DNA of 63,925 nucleotides, filler included, from an uncultured bacterium (GTDB taxonomy: Bacteria; Hinthialibacterota; Hinthialibacteria; Hinthialibacterales; Hinthialibacteraceae), in NCBI GenBank assembly GCA_964449065.1. It is 4 parts of 4 records of this genome, joined end to end, with 100 filler letters (N's around TTAATTAATTAA, not from the genome) between each part and the next. Parts side by side here need not be neighbours in the genome. Positions count along the whole stretch, not along the records: positions 50,749 to 63,925 come from CAYVAZ010000134.1; 3 more parts are not named here. The stretch is one strand, 5' to 3'. Position 1 is the first letter of the stretch, and each line of letters begins with the position of its first letter. The notes under the pieces are model-generated. The model made no database searches. It was not told the origin of the DNA and worked only from the letters and a program-made list of their open reading frames with translations. The position numbers were made by a program, and so were the translations under genes. Shown piece by piece: positions 50,749 to 60,303 of this stretch.

Positions 50749-52647
50749 GGTGATTATTACATAACCAATTGGGATAAGACCGGTGTCCTGGAGGCGGATT
50801 GTTTATTATGCCATCTCCCGGAGTATGATTTCAGCACACGAAACAAGCAACTTGGCTTAACCAACTTTCGGTGGATTCCTACCGCCGCCGCGCGTTTTGC
50901 TTCGATCGATGGTTCCGTTGCAAATGGCGATGTGATTCAGGTTGTCTACGATCAATCCAAATTCAATCCGGATGGAATGGTATCTCTCCATATCGTTCGT
51001 GAGCCGCGCAATGAGACATGCCTTCAATGCCACGCGAAACCGGGGTGGAAAAAACGCGGCGCAAACTTCCGCTCTCGTACCGATGTCCATCTGCGTGCCG
51101 GCTTGAAATGCGTGGATTGCCATCCAGCGGGAAGTGCGGCTACAGATGAACGTATCCAAGGAAAAGAAATCCATCAATTTGGAAAGGGCGACGATCCCGG
51201 CGGCCAAGTACGAAATGATCTGGATGATACCATGGTCGCGTGTCTTGATTGTCATGATACAGGGAAGATGGGGGCTCCCATTGCAACTCATCCCTGGTTA
51301 CCGCCCTTACATCTTGAAGAAATTGCCTGCCAAACCTGTCATATTCCAGAGCGTGTCGTGAAAGCCGCGCAATTCCAGGCGGGCGACGTTTTCAATCCCG
51401 GGCCACGTATTCCCACCAAAGGAAAGCATCTTTGGACGTTTTATGGACCGGACATGAATTATTGGAACCATTATGGCGACTTGGAGGCCAACGGATATGA
51501 CGACAAACCCACCGATCCATACAAACCGGCGTTAACGCGCTACGCGGGAAAAATCTATCCGGTTAATCGTGTCCATAGCGCTTGGCCTGGGATTGAAGTA
51601 GAAGGCCAAAAAGGTTTGATGCAGCCCAAAATGTCTGATGTATACAAAATGTGGACTGAGCATCAAGCCGATTCGAATCAGTACCCAGAGTTAGCGAAGA
51701 TTAAAGATAACAATGACGATCTTGTTCCTGAAGTGAATACGCCGGAAGAAATCGACGCGTTGATCGACTCCGTTTCTGAGATGTTGACGAACATCCAATA
51801 TCCGATGGAAGGTAAAAAGGTTGTGTGGGTATTGGATAACCGGGTGTATTCATCGGGGACGGAATACCGGGAAATCCCCATTCATGAATGGGAAGCATCC
51901 GCTTACGGAAATACTCATAAGTACAGCCATGACATCTATCCGGCGAAAGCGGCGCTTGGTTTCAATGGCTGCACCGATTGCCATTCGACGGACGCTGACT
52001 TTTTCTTTGCCCACGCATTTACATCCCCCTTTGATGGAGCCGGCAATCCTGTGGTTGAACCGCAATACGTCATGATGGGATTCAGCGCCATGGACGTGTG
52101 GCCGGGCGTCTGGCGCGAGACTTATCTGAAACCTCTGTTCTATATCCTGTTTGTTTTTGCATTGTTGAGTTTTGCATACTGCATCGCCAAACATCTATTA
52201 TTCGATCAAAATGATACAATGCTCTCGATTCTATTCTTGTTATTCCTAACCGCCGGTATTGGCTTTTTGATCTTGTTGACTCAAAGCCATCTCATAGTAT
52301 TTATGTTCCCCTCTCGTTTTTGGCTGGATAGCAATCACTTTCTGATTTCATGTCTTGTCATCGTGGCGGGAATGACCGTACTTGCGGTTTATAAAAAAAT
52401 GGATGAAAGCCAAAGCGAAAGCCTCTCGAAGATTTTTTCTAACCTATTATTTCTTTCTCTGGTTGTGGTATTCCTTACCGGCATTCTTATGCTTCTAAAC
52501 ATTCCGGAATTTGGTTTGCTGACGCGATATGCATATACTCTGTTTGATCTTGGCCTGATCGGTATTTTATTCGGAGTGATACTGATGGTATCCACACTTA
52601 CCATTTCAAAACCAAATCAAAAAAGAAAGGAGATGAACTCATTATAG
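50749..52647 (+). CDS. Multiheme cytochrome c of the OTR/MmcA-like type with a C-terminal TM bundle (5' truncated)
   Basis: Frame open from the contig start; CxxCH x6 (CLLCH, CLQCH, CVDCH, CLDCH, CQTCH, CTDCH); HLEEIACQTCHIP; about 5 C-terminal TM helices. Confidence 0.85.
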   Translation, partial: GDYYITNWDKTGVLEADCLLCHLPEYDFSTRNKQLGLTNFRWIPTAAARFASIDGSVANGDVIQVVYDQSKFNPDGMVSLHIVREPRNETCLQCHAKPGWKKRGANFRSRTDVHLRAGLKCVDCHPAGSAATDERIQGKEIHQFGKGDDPGGQVRNDLDDTMVACLDCHDTGKMGAPIATHPWLPPLHLEEIACQTCHIPERVVKAAQFQAGDVFNPGPRIPTKGKHLWTFYGPDMNYWNHYGDLEANGYDDKPTDPYKPALTRYAGKIYPVNRVHSAWPGIEVEGQKGLMQPKMSDVYKMWTEHQADSNQYPELAKIKDNNDDLVPEVNTPEEIDALIDSVSEMLTNIQYPMEGKKVVWVLDNRVYSSGTEYREIPIHEWEASAYGNTHKYSHDIYPAKAALGFNGCTDCHSTDADFFFAHAFTSPFDGAGNPVVEPQYVMMGFSAMDVWPGVWRETYLKPLFYILFVFALLSFAYCIAKHLLFDQNDTMLSILFLLFLTAGIGFLILLTQSHLIVFMFPSRFWLDSNHFLISCLVIVAGMTVLAVYKKMDESQSESLSKIFSNLLFLSLVVVFLTGILMLLNIPEFGLLTRYAYTLFDLGLIGILFGVILMVSTLTISKPNQKRKEMNSL

Positions 52648-52697
52648 GGAGAATGTGATACAGCACCATCAAATTAATCATCTTGGAGAGGTACAAC

Positions 52698-53504
52698 ATG
52701 AATACAAAACTGACAATTCAACGACGTGGTTTTTTGAAGAAAGCGGGTATTTTCTCAGCGGGAACCATCTCCGCCGGAGCGGCCCAAACCATTCTCAGCC
52801 CCTCTAACGCGAACGCTCAAATTAATGAAGGCTCGGAGTGGCCTTTCCCGTTTGTGTTTTTAGACCCGGATTTAGCAGCGCAAAGAGGGTATGAAGCCTT
52901 CTATCAGGGGGCCTGTTGTTATGGAACGGTTCAGGGAATATTGAGCCAATGGAAAGAAATGCTTGGAGAGCCGTTTTCAACCCTGCCCGCGGAAATGTTC
53001 AAATACGGTGAGGGCGGTATTGTTGGCTGGGGGTCGGTGTGCGGAACATTAAATGGCGCATCGGCCATGATTAACTTGGTGTGTGAATCGGAGGACGCAG
53101 CGCCACTCATCAATGAACTCGTCGCATGGTATTCGAGTACAGCCGTACCGGTTTTTATTCCGGCAGAGAATACCGCAATTGAAGTCAGCACATCGAATTC
53201 GCCATTGTGTCATGCCTCGGTAGGCAGATGGTGCAAAGTGGCTGGTGTGGGCGTAACTTCTCCTGAACGGAAAGAACGGTGCGCGCGGTTGGTGGCAGAT
53301 GTGGCAAGCAAAGCATCAACGTTATTAAACGATCATTTTCAAAACGAATTTGTCTCCCAACACAGCCCGGCCGCTTCGGTGGCGGAGTGTAATGTATGCC
53401 ATGGCCCCTCCGCACAAAACAATTCACTTGGCAAGATGGATTGCGTTTCATGCCATGAACCCGGGAACCATCCACTCCCAGTCTCGAGTTGGGATAAATA
53501 CTAA
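52698..53504 (+). CDS. Split-Soret cytochrome c-like (C_GCAxxG_C_C family) protein with Tat signal and two extra CxxCH
   Basis: QRRGFL; GACCYG, GWGSVCGTLNGA, SPLCHASV, RKERCARL; CNVCH, CVSCH. Confidence 0.85.
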   Translation: MNTKLTIQRRGFLKKAGIFSAGTISAGAAQTILSPSNANAQINEGSEWPFPFVFLDPDLAAQRGYEAFYQGACCYGTVQGILSQWKEMLGEPFSTLPAEMFKYGEGGIVGWGSVCGTLNGASAMINLVCESEDAAPLINELVAWYSSTAVPVFIPAENTAIEVSTSNSPLCHASVGRWCKVAGVGVTSPERKERCARLVADVASKASTLLNDHFQNEFVSQHSPAASVAECNVCHGPSAQNNSLGKMDCVSCHEPGNHPLPVSSWDKY

Positions 53505-53516
53505 ATAGAACCCATT

Positions 53517-53544
53517 TGTGGAGCCGAAATATTTCGGCTCCACA
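53517..53544. repeat. Perfect 28-bp palindrome (REP-like)
   Basis: TGTGGAGCCGAAAT-ATTTCGGCTCCACA. Confidence 0.9.
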
Positions 53545-53564
53545 TAAAACCATAGGAGGTTATT

Positions 53565-53804
53565 ATGAAAAAAATCCAGATATTAGGAACCGGTTGTCCC
53601 AAATGCAAAAGCTTGACGGCAAACGCCGAGCAGGCAGCCAAAGAAATCGGACTCGAATACGAAATCGAGAAAGTGCAAGACATCAACGATATCGTTTCAT
53701 TCGGCGTGATGAGTACGCCGGCGTTCGCGGTGGATGGAAAAGTATTGGCGTCCGGCAAAGTTCTTTCACCCGTTGAAATTCAAAATCTGCTCCAGGAGAA
53801 TTAA
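53565..53804 (+). CDS. Small redox-active disulfide protein (thioredoxin family, MTH895-like)
   Basis: ILGTGCPKC, GVMSTPA..VDG; AGGAGG SD. Confidence 0.93.
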   Translation: MKKIQILGTGCPKCKSLTANAEQAAKEIGLEYEIEKVQDINDIVSFGVMSTPAFAVDGKVLASGKVLSPVEIQNLLQEN

Positions 53805-53806
53805 CC

Positions 53807-54184
53807 ATGAATTCTCAAACATGCCAATGTTCAAAACCGAAGTATAAACTCGTTTTTTCTTGCTCCGGCGCGGCGGATGTTGGAGCCATTTCCGATCATA
53901 CCGCCCGCGAATTGCGGGATGAAAAAACGGCTTCGATGTGCTGTATCGCCGCGGTCGGCGCGGCGATTCCCGACATTGTAGAAACTACAAGAAATGCGGC
54001 GGATATTCTCGCCATCGATGGATGCGAGAAAGAGTGCGCCAAAATCATATTGAATCAGGCGGGCTTCTTCAATATCAAGCATCTGCAACTCGAAACGCTG
54101 GGGATGAAAAAAGGCGAATCGCCAGTGACGGAAGAACGGGTTGAGCAATCCCTTATAGAGGCACGGAAACTTTTAACCGCATAG
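53807..54184 (+). CDS. DGC-domain putative zinc-binding protein
   Basis: FSCSGAADVG, MCC, AIDGC..EC. Confidence 0.88.
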   Translation: MNSQTCQCSKPKYKLVFSCSGAADVGAISDHTARELRDEKTASMCCIAAVGAAIPDIVETTRNAADILAIDGCEKECAKIILNQAGFFNIKHLQLETLGMKKGESPVTEERVEQSLIEARKLLTA

Positions 54185-54191
54185 AAAGGAT

Positions 54192-54680
54192 ATGGACATG
54201 AAATCCAAACAAATCATCACGCTTGTGTTACTTGTATTCGTTGCTGGCACGGTAGCGGCCATGATCTATCAAGAATTTCGGCCCGCCGTATCAAACGAGC
54301 ACAACAACGATACGGCCGTTTTCAATGAAGAAACACTGCCTGAACAAATCGTTGCCTACTACTTTTTTGGCAATCAACGATGCCCGACCTGTATGAAGAT
54401 CGAATCATACACCGAGAAATCTCTTAAGAACTACTTTCAAGGTGAAATGGATTCAAATCTAATTGAGTGGAAACCCGTGAATGTTGAATTGCCCGGCAAC
54501 GAGCATTTTATTCATGATTTTCAACTCGATGTAAAAATGGTTGTTTTGGCCAGGATGAATAATGGTGAGTTGGAAGATTGGAAAAAACTGGAGAAGGTCT
54601 GGACATTAACCGGGAACCGGGAGGCTTTTCTTGATTATATCAAAGCCGAAACGGAAGCGTATTTGAAGGATATAGGATAA
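54192..54680 (+). CDS. Membrane-anchored thioredoxin-like protein (ArsF-like)
   Basis: N-terminal TM, YYFFGNQRCPTCMKIE, W..L..VW. Confidence 0.7.
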   Translation: MDMKSKQIITLVLLVFVAGTVAAMIYQEFRPAVSNEHNNDTAVFNEETLPEQIVAYYFFGNQRCPTCMKIESYTEKSLKNYFQGEMDSNLIEWKPVNVELPGNEHFIHDFQLDVKMVVLARMNNGELEDWKKLEKVWTLTGNREAFLDYIKAETEAYLKDIG

Positions 54681-55357
54681 TGGAGTTTTGGATTTCTGTA
54701 GGGACGGCGTTATGGCTCGGTATTTTGACATCCATCAGCCCGTGCCCCCTAGCGACAAACATCGCGGCAATTTCTTATATCGGTCGAAGAGTGGATCGCC
54801 CGTCCTATGTGCTTTGGGCCGGGTTCTTTTACACAGCAGGCCGGTCATTGACCTATTTTATTTTAGGCTGGCTGATTGTTACCAGTTTTCTCAATACACC
54901 GCAACTCTCTTTTTTTCTGCAAAAATACATGCACAAAATCTTGGGGCCGATCCTGATTCTTGTGGGCATGTTTTTGTTGGAATTGATTTCGCTAAATCTG
55001 GGGAACAACAAACTCAGCCAATGGGTTCAGAAGCGCGCGGAGGCGTGGGGGCTGTGGGGTGCCGGCGCAATGGGCTTTGTTTTCGCGCTCTCTTTTTGCC
55101 CGGTTTCGGCGGCGTTGTTCTTTGGGAGTTTGATTCCATTGGCGGTCCAGAATCAATCGGGAACCGTCTTACCCTCTTTGTATGGTGTTGGAACCGCTCT
55201 GCCAGTGGTGCTATTCGCAGTCATCATCGCATGGGGAACCTACTCCCTAAGCAAAGCATATAACCGGATCACTCAGATTGAATGGTGGGCGCGGCGTATA
55301 ACCGGAATCGTCTTTATTTTCGTTGGGATTTACTTGAGCATTGATCAAGTAACTTAA
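54680..55357 (+). CDS. ArsG-like aromatic-arsenical efflux permease (DsbD/CcdA-like membrane protein)
   Basis: LGILTSISPCPLATNIAAISYI, FALSFCPVSAALFFG. Confidence 0.75.
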   Translation: MEFWISVGTALWLGILTSISPCPLATNIAAISYIGRRVDRPSYVLWAGFFYTAGRSLTYFILGWLIVTSFLNTPQLSFFLQKYMHKILGPILILVGMFLLELISLNLGNNKLSQWVQKRAEAWGLWGAGAMGFVFALSFCPVSAALFFGSLIPLAVQNQSGTVLPSLYGVGTALPVVLFAVIIAWGTYSLSKAYNRITQIEWWARRITGIVFIFVGIYLSIDQVT

Positions 55358-55364
55358 TTCTAAC

Positions 55365-55408
55365 TTGACAAAAGATGCCTGCTACATATAATTCGTTATA
55401 TGGCGAAT
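55365..55408 (+). promoter_or_regulatory. sigma70 promoter and ArsR-type operator of arsR
   Basis: TTGACA (55365-70), TATAAT (55387-92), inverted repeat ATTCG-N8-CGAAT (55391-55408) overlapping the ATG. Confidence 0.7.
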
Positions 55409-55864
55409 CATAGTATTGAACTGAACCAGATTATTTCTATCTTTAAATCTCTTGGAGATGGAAACCGCTTGCGCGCCTATCGCGCGTTGCAAGAACAGGA
55501 ATTGTGCGTATGTCAAATCGTTGAAATGCTTAAACTTGCGCCTTCAACGGTTTCCAAGCACATGTCAATCTTAAAACAGGCTGGATTGGTGAAATCACGC
55601 AAAATCGGGCGGTGGGTTCATTACCGTCAAGCGGAAGTGGAACACCCATCCATCCAACAAATGCTGGACTCTTTGCCAACCATGCTTCAAGAAGAAGATA
55701 AGGTAAAAGAAGACATCATTGCATTATCCCGGATCATATCAATTGACCCGGAAACCTTATGCCAACTTCAACAGGAAAGAATAAATCAAGAACACGGCAA
55801 TGAATCTACTGCTGACTGTAGTAAGGAGCAGCCCGTTGCTGAACGCTCAAGAAAGCAAAAGTGA
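55400..55864 (+). CDS. arsR: ArsR/SmtB metalloregulator
   Basis: FKSLGD..RL, ELCVC, STVSKH...L..AGLV..RK.GRWVHY. Confidence 0.9.
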   Translation: MANHSIELNQIISIFKSLGDGNRLRAYRALQEQELCVCQIVEMLKLAPSTVSKHMSILKQAGLVKSRKIGRWVHYRQAEVEHPSIQQMLDSLPTMLQEEDKVKEDIIALSRIISIDPETLCQLQQERINQEHGNESTADCSKEQPVAERSRKQK

Positions 55865-55865
55865 A

Positions 55866-56480
55866 ATGTATCCGAAATTAGAACAAAATATTCAACAAGC
55901 GATTGGTGCGTTCGATCAAATCAATGCTCAACGCAAACAAGAGTTAGCGGATATTGCCAACTTTGTTCAAGAAAACATAAACAAAAATGACGGGGTAAAG
56001 TTAACCTTCATCTGCACACACAATTCGCGCCGAAGCCATATATCGCAAATTTGGGCGAAAACCGCCGCGGCTTTTTATGGGATACCAAACGTGGAAACCT
56101 ATTCCGGCGGAACGGAAGCCACCGCTTTTAATCCCCGGGCAGTCGCGGCACTTGAACGTGCCGGCTTTAAAATCGATAAGACCACGGAGGACGGCAATCC
56201 CATCTACCACATCCGTTACGCGGATGATGCCGTGCCGATGACATCGTTTTCGAAAGTTTACAACGATGCCCCCAATCCAACGGAAGGATTTTGCGCGGTG
56301 ATGACCTGTTCCTCCGCGGATGAAGCCTGTCCGGTTGTATTTGGCGCCGCGCATCGGGTAGCCATTCCATACGAGGACCCAAAGGTGGCTGATAACACTC
56401 CAGAGGAAGCGGCCATATACGACGAGCGCTGCCGCCAAATCTGCCGCGAAATGTTGTATTTGTTTTCATTGGTTAAATAA
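55866..56480 (+). CDS. arsC: LMW-PTP-fold arsenate reductase
   Basis: FICTHNSRRS P-loop, SGGTE, MTC...ADEACP, YEDPK; start placed at ATG 55866, just after the arsR stop. Confidence 0.75.
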   Translation: MYPKLEQNIQQAIGAFDQINAQRKQELADIANFVQENINKNDGVKLTFICTHNSRRSHISQIWAKTAAAFYGIPNVETYSGGTEATAFNPRAVAALERAGFKIDKTTEDGNPIYHIRYADDAVPMTSFSKVYNDAPNPTEGFCAVMTCSSADEACPVVFGAAHRVAIPYEDPKVADNTPEEAAIYDERCRQICREMLYLFSLVK

Positions 56481-56503
56481 AATAATTTCATTCAAATATA
56501 GAT

Positions 56504-56531
56504 GTAGGGGCAAATTGCAATGTGCCCCTAC
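56504..56531. repeat. GTAG-type REP palindrome
   Basis: GTAGGGGCAAATTGCAATGTGCCCCTAC; sister copy at 40928-40954. Confidence 0.8.
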
Positions 56532-56552
56532 TACAAAAGGAGAAATGAACAA

Positions 56553-57707
56553 ATGGGCTTCTTCGAACGCTATCTTACATTATGGGTATTCCTCTGCATC
56601 ATCGCCGGAATTGCTCTCGGCAAACTGGCGCCGGGTATCGCATTATACTTGGACAGTCTAACCTTAAATGTCGGCGGCGCACCGGTCGTTTCTATTCCTA
56701 TTGCTATTTGTCTCTTTTTCATGATGTACCCCATCATGGTCAAGATCGATTTCAATAAAGTCGTGCAGGCCGGCAAAAACGTGAAACCGTTGGGATTGAC
56801 CTTATTCATCAACTGGGCCATCAAACCGTTTACGATGTATGCAATCGCCCTATTCTTCCTCGGCTTCTTATTTAAGGGATTTATTGGCGCCGAGGCCACT
56901 GATTTGGTCAAAATGCCGTTTGGATTGGATCTGCCGGAAGGCTCAGTTTATGGAGCCGGTACAATTGTTTCCGTTGACGGACAAAAGATGATGGAGATCC
57001 CCTTGTGGAGAAGTTACCTGGCGGGCTGCATCCTGCTCGGAATCGCCCCTTGCACCGCGATGGTTTTGGTATGGAGTTTTCTTTCCAAAGGCAACGACGG
57101 TCATACGCTGGTGATGGTTGCCATTAACTCCTTAACCATGCTGGTGTTATTTGGAGTGTTGGGCGGCTTCCTTCTTGGCATCGGCCAAATGCCGGTGCCT
57201 TGGCAAGCCCTGCTGTTATCGATCGGTGTGTACGTTGCCCTGCCATTGATTGCGGGATACCTATCCCGAAAATGGATCATTGCGGTCAAAGGAGAAGCTT
57301 GGTTTCAAGAGAAGTTCCTAAACCTTCTTACACCGGTTACCATAACCGCCTTGTTAATCACACTCATCTTACTGTTTTCATTCAAAGGCGAAGTGATTCT
57401 CAACAATCCACTCACCATCGTTTGGATTGCGATTCCGCTGTTCATCCAAACGGTGTTCATCTTTGCCATTGGATATTGGCTTGCCTGGCAGTTTCACTTC
57501 AGTTACGAAGACGCCGCGCCCACCGCGATGATCGGGGCATCCAACCACTTTGAAGTCGCGATTGCCACCGCGGTCATGCTCTTCGGCCTCTCTTCCGGGG
57601 CAGCCCTGGCCACCGTGGTTGGAGTATTGATAGAAGTCCCGGTGATGCTGATGCTGGTGCGGTTCTGCTTGAAAACCCAACACGGTTTTCAACCCAAAAG
57701 CACGTAG
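56553..57707 (+). CDS. acr3: ACR3-family arsenite efflux transporter
   Basis: [56 protein letters not shown]. Confidence 0.95.
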   Translation: MGFFERYLTLWVFLCIIAGIALGKLAPGIALYLDSLTLNVGGAPVVSIPIAICLFFMMYPIMVKIDFNKVVQAGKNVKPLGLTLFINWAIKPFTMYAIALFFLGFLFKGFIGAEATDLVKMPFGLDLPEGSVYGAGTIVSVDGQKMMEIPLWRSYLAGCILLGIAPCTAMVLVWSFLSKGNDGHTLVMVAINSLTMLVLFGVLGGFLLGIGQMPVPWQALLLSIGVYVALPLIAGYLSRKWIIAVKGEAWFQEKFLNLLTPVTITALLITLILLFSFKGEVILNNPLTIVWIAIPLFIQTVFIFAIGYWLAWQFHFSYEDAAPTAMIGASNHFEVAIATAVMLFGLSSGAALATVVGVLIEVPVMLMLVRFCLKTQHGFQPKST

Positions 57708-57749
57708 ATGGGCGCGGCCGTTTTGTGCCCATCTTGATCCTGTGCGGCA

Positions 57750-58709
57750 TCAGTTTTCATTCCTGTAAAGGTCGTCTAAAATTTCTTTTGGTGAACTGGA
57801 GTTGAATGTGTTGACCTTTTCATCAAGATTCCGGCCAAATCTCGCGAACGGTTTTAAATAGGTTTGCGGTTTTAAGTAGTAGTTTATTTTGTTTTTTCGC
57901 AGTTTTATAAGATTCTCATCGCAGTGTCCTTGCAGGTCAATGAGTGAATTCAACTCCCCTTCCCGTTTTCTAAATATCCCAAAAACATTGCCGCCATCGC
58001 CTACTGGTTGACAAAATATAGGCGCAAAACCAACTTTGGCCATGATCGCGTTGAGTGTTTTTTCTGTGTATCCATATAAGTGGCCTTTGTGCCATTTGTT
58101 TTGAAACTTTGTTCCATCATGAACAATATTTGGAACTTCAATAAACACATACCCGTTATCCGCAAGCAAGGATGAAATTTGATGCACGCATTGCAATGGG
58201 TTTTCCAGATGCTCAAAAACATGAAACATAGTAATTAGATTGAATGTTGTTGATATGTTAATTTCAGATAGCATTCCCATTTCAACGTCAACAGAAAGTT
58301 CTTCTTGGCTGTATTGGGCATAGCATTCATTCGGTTCAATCCCCAATGCAGGAATGTTTTTGACTTTTAGCAGATACAATAATTCCCCGCTGCTTGATCC
58401 GATATCCAAAACGGTATGATTCTCCTCAAGATAGTTTTGGAGGATTTTATAATGCTGCAGCGCCATTTTTCCCTTTCGGTAAATGTGCTGTTTTTTTGGA
58501 TACAGCGCGGATTTATATTCTTGGCGGTACCTCTTCTTGTAAAACTCAGACACATCATCAAGGGGTATCGAATCCACATATACTAAACCGGATTGATGGG
58601 AGATGACGTTTCGCAAAAAATTCCCGTCCCGGTCTTTGTCTGCAACGACGGTAACTTCTTTTGAGTCTGTAATCGGACAGGACCGGGATGCGATGAGGGT
58701 TTGGCGCAT
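57750..58709 (-). CDS. Class I SAM-dependent methyltransferase
   Basis: VLDIGSSSG, GIEPN, MFHVFEHL..P, IEVPN; AT-rich. Confidence 0.85.
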   Translation of the reverse strand: MRQTLIASRSCPITDSKEVTVVADKDRDGNFLRNVISHQSGLVYVDSIPLDDVSEFYKKRYRQEYKSALYPKKQHIYRKGKMALQHYKILQNYLEENHTVLDIGSSSGELLYLLKVKNIPALGIEPNECYAQYSQEELSVDVEMGMLSEINISTTFNLITMFHVFEHLENPLQCVHQISSLLADNGYVFIEVPNIVHDGTKFQNKWHKGHLYGYTEKTLNAIMAKVGFAPIFCQPVGDGGNVFGIFRKREGELNSLIDLQGHCDENLIKLRKNKINYYLKPQTYLKPFARFGRNLDEKVNTFNSSSPKEILDDLYRNEN

Positions 58710-58784
58710 GATATGGGAAAACTCATTCCGAATTTTTCGCTAATCATAATCCCCGTTTTACAATTTCAAAGGTACCGGTACTTA

Positions 58785-58881
58785 TACCGCTTCAATGAAA
58801 TAATATGCGGTGTGCGGTACCGGCTGGAAGCCGATGCTCCCCTTTTATGGAGGAATCACACAAAATTTATTTGAATCCGTA
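58785..58881 (-). mobile_element. 97-bp MITE-like element (shell A), copy of 2721-2818
   Basis: Near-identical inverted copy; TTA at 58782-84 and 58882-84. Confidence 0.8.
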
Positions 58882-58981
58882 TTATTTTCTCTTTGGCACG
58901 AAGGGCATCGTGTTTTTGTGCCCATCCTGTTCCGCCTCTCCTAGACATGATCCCGATGGCCATAAGGATGCTTTGCCCATA

Positions 58982-60286
58982 CTACGACAACTGTAAAACC
59001 CCGGACTCTTCCAACACCGCTTCGGCGTGGGTTGGCAGCACTCCCAATTCAAAGGCCAAATCCAGGACGGTATAGCGCGAGCGGATATCGCGCGCGATCC
59101 GCAGCGATTGAATGCCGCTTTCTCTGGTTTGATCCATCGCCGCTAAGGTATCCGGCGCACCCACAGTTTGCAGGATATCATGAAACCATTCCGGTTTGGG
59201 GATATTCATTTTTCGCAAGCCCTTGCGGATATCTTTCCAGCGGGATTGGAGAATCTGGAGCCTTTGCTTCCACCGGTCATGCTTAATCTTCGCTTGCGGC
59301 AATACCACACCCGCCAACGCGCCATGCGCCTGCTTGATGCGTTCTTCTTCACTTTCCCAAGCGGGAATCTCACAACATGATGGATTCTCAATTGTGAGCA
59401 ATCGTTGATAGATCGCCGCCGAGATACACGTTGCCACCCCCACCTGCGCGCCGTGCAAATGCATCGGCTTGCTTTCGGTCAGGGCCTGCATATCCCACAG
59501 ATGGCTGATGAGGTGTTCTCCCCCGCTGGCCGGGCTGCTGGAACCGGCCGCCACCATGGATACCCCGCTCAATACCAGCGCTTTCGCCAGGGTGAAATAG
59601 GCGTCGTCATCTCCATTCGCGATGCCTTCAATCTGCCGCATGACACTATCCACCGCGTGATTGGCGATTTTACCCGGGGCGGTCAAATATTCACATTCTT
59701 CCATCTCGCCTCCCAGCCAATAGTCCGCCGTACTGACGGGTTTGCTGAGCAAATCGCCCACACCCGCGCGCATCAGTTCCGGCGGGGCCGCTTTGAGGAT
59801 GTTGATATCCAATACAATCGCTTTGGGGGGGAGGGCTTCTTGGGTCGTTTTCAGTCCATCTTCAATCATCGCGCCGATGCTGCTGGCATAGCCGTTCATG
59901 CTGGCCCCCGTGCCCAGCACGATATACGGCAACCCCATTTTATAGGCCGCCATTTTTACCAGATCATTGATCGTCCCTCCACCAATTGCCAGGAGCCCGG
60001 TAATCCCGATGCAATGTGCTTCGATTTCATCCACCACTTCCATTTCGGGGTGTACATCGTTCGGCAGGATATGAATCTCGATGGCGGTATCATCCAAAAA
60101 GGATGCATGGCCCGTTTGTTTACAGGCTTCCAGCGTGTTGGAATCGGCAACGGCCAGCACCGCTGTACCTAAAAACCGCTTCATTAGATGAGGAACATGA
60201 CAAATGGCTTCCGGCTCAATGAAGACCTCTTCCGGAAGCACCAAAGATGGAAGTAAGGGAATGGGGCAAAAATCACGAATCTTCAT
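58982..60286 (-). CDS. sn-glycerol-1-phosphate dehydrogenase (AraM/EgsA family)
   Basis: AIGGGTINDLVK, TGASMNGYAS, AGVGDLLSK, SSPASGGEHLISH, HGAQVGV, R.RYT.L. Confidence 0.85.
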   Translation of the reverse strand: MKIRDFCPIPLLPSLVLPEEVFIEPEAICHVPHLMKRFLGTAVLAVADSNTLEACKQTGHASFLDDTAIEIHILPNDVHPEMEVVDEIEAHCIGITGLLAIGGGTINDLVKMAAYKMGLPYIVLGTGASMNGYASSIGAMIEDGLKTTQEALPPKAIVLDINILKAAPPELMRAGVGDLLSKPVSTADYWLGGEMEECEYLTAPGKIANHAVDSVMRQIEGIANGDDDAYFTLAKALVLSGVSMVAAGSSSPASGGEHLISHLWDMQALTESKPMHLHGAQVGVATCISAAIYQRLLTIENPSCCEIPAWESEEERIKQAHGALAGVVLPQAKIKHDRWKQRLQILQSRWKDIRKGLRKMNIPKPEWFHDILQTVGAPDTLAAMDQTRESGIQSLRIARDIRSRYTVLDLAFELGVLPTHAEAVLEESGVLQLS

Positions 60287-60303
60287 GAAAGAAGATTAGC
60301 ACT

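Noticed and set aside
55800..55865. Signal-peptide-like extension of ArsC overlapping arsR
   Set aside because: Weakly hydrophobic and interrupted by Arg; ATG 55866 directly follows the arsR stop and is more parsimonious.
59405..60172. Long antisense ORFs (also 11975-12703, 49992-50573, 62358-63017)
   Set aside because: Shadow frames of well-supported genes on the opposite strand, with no motifs.
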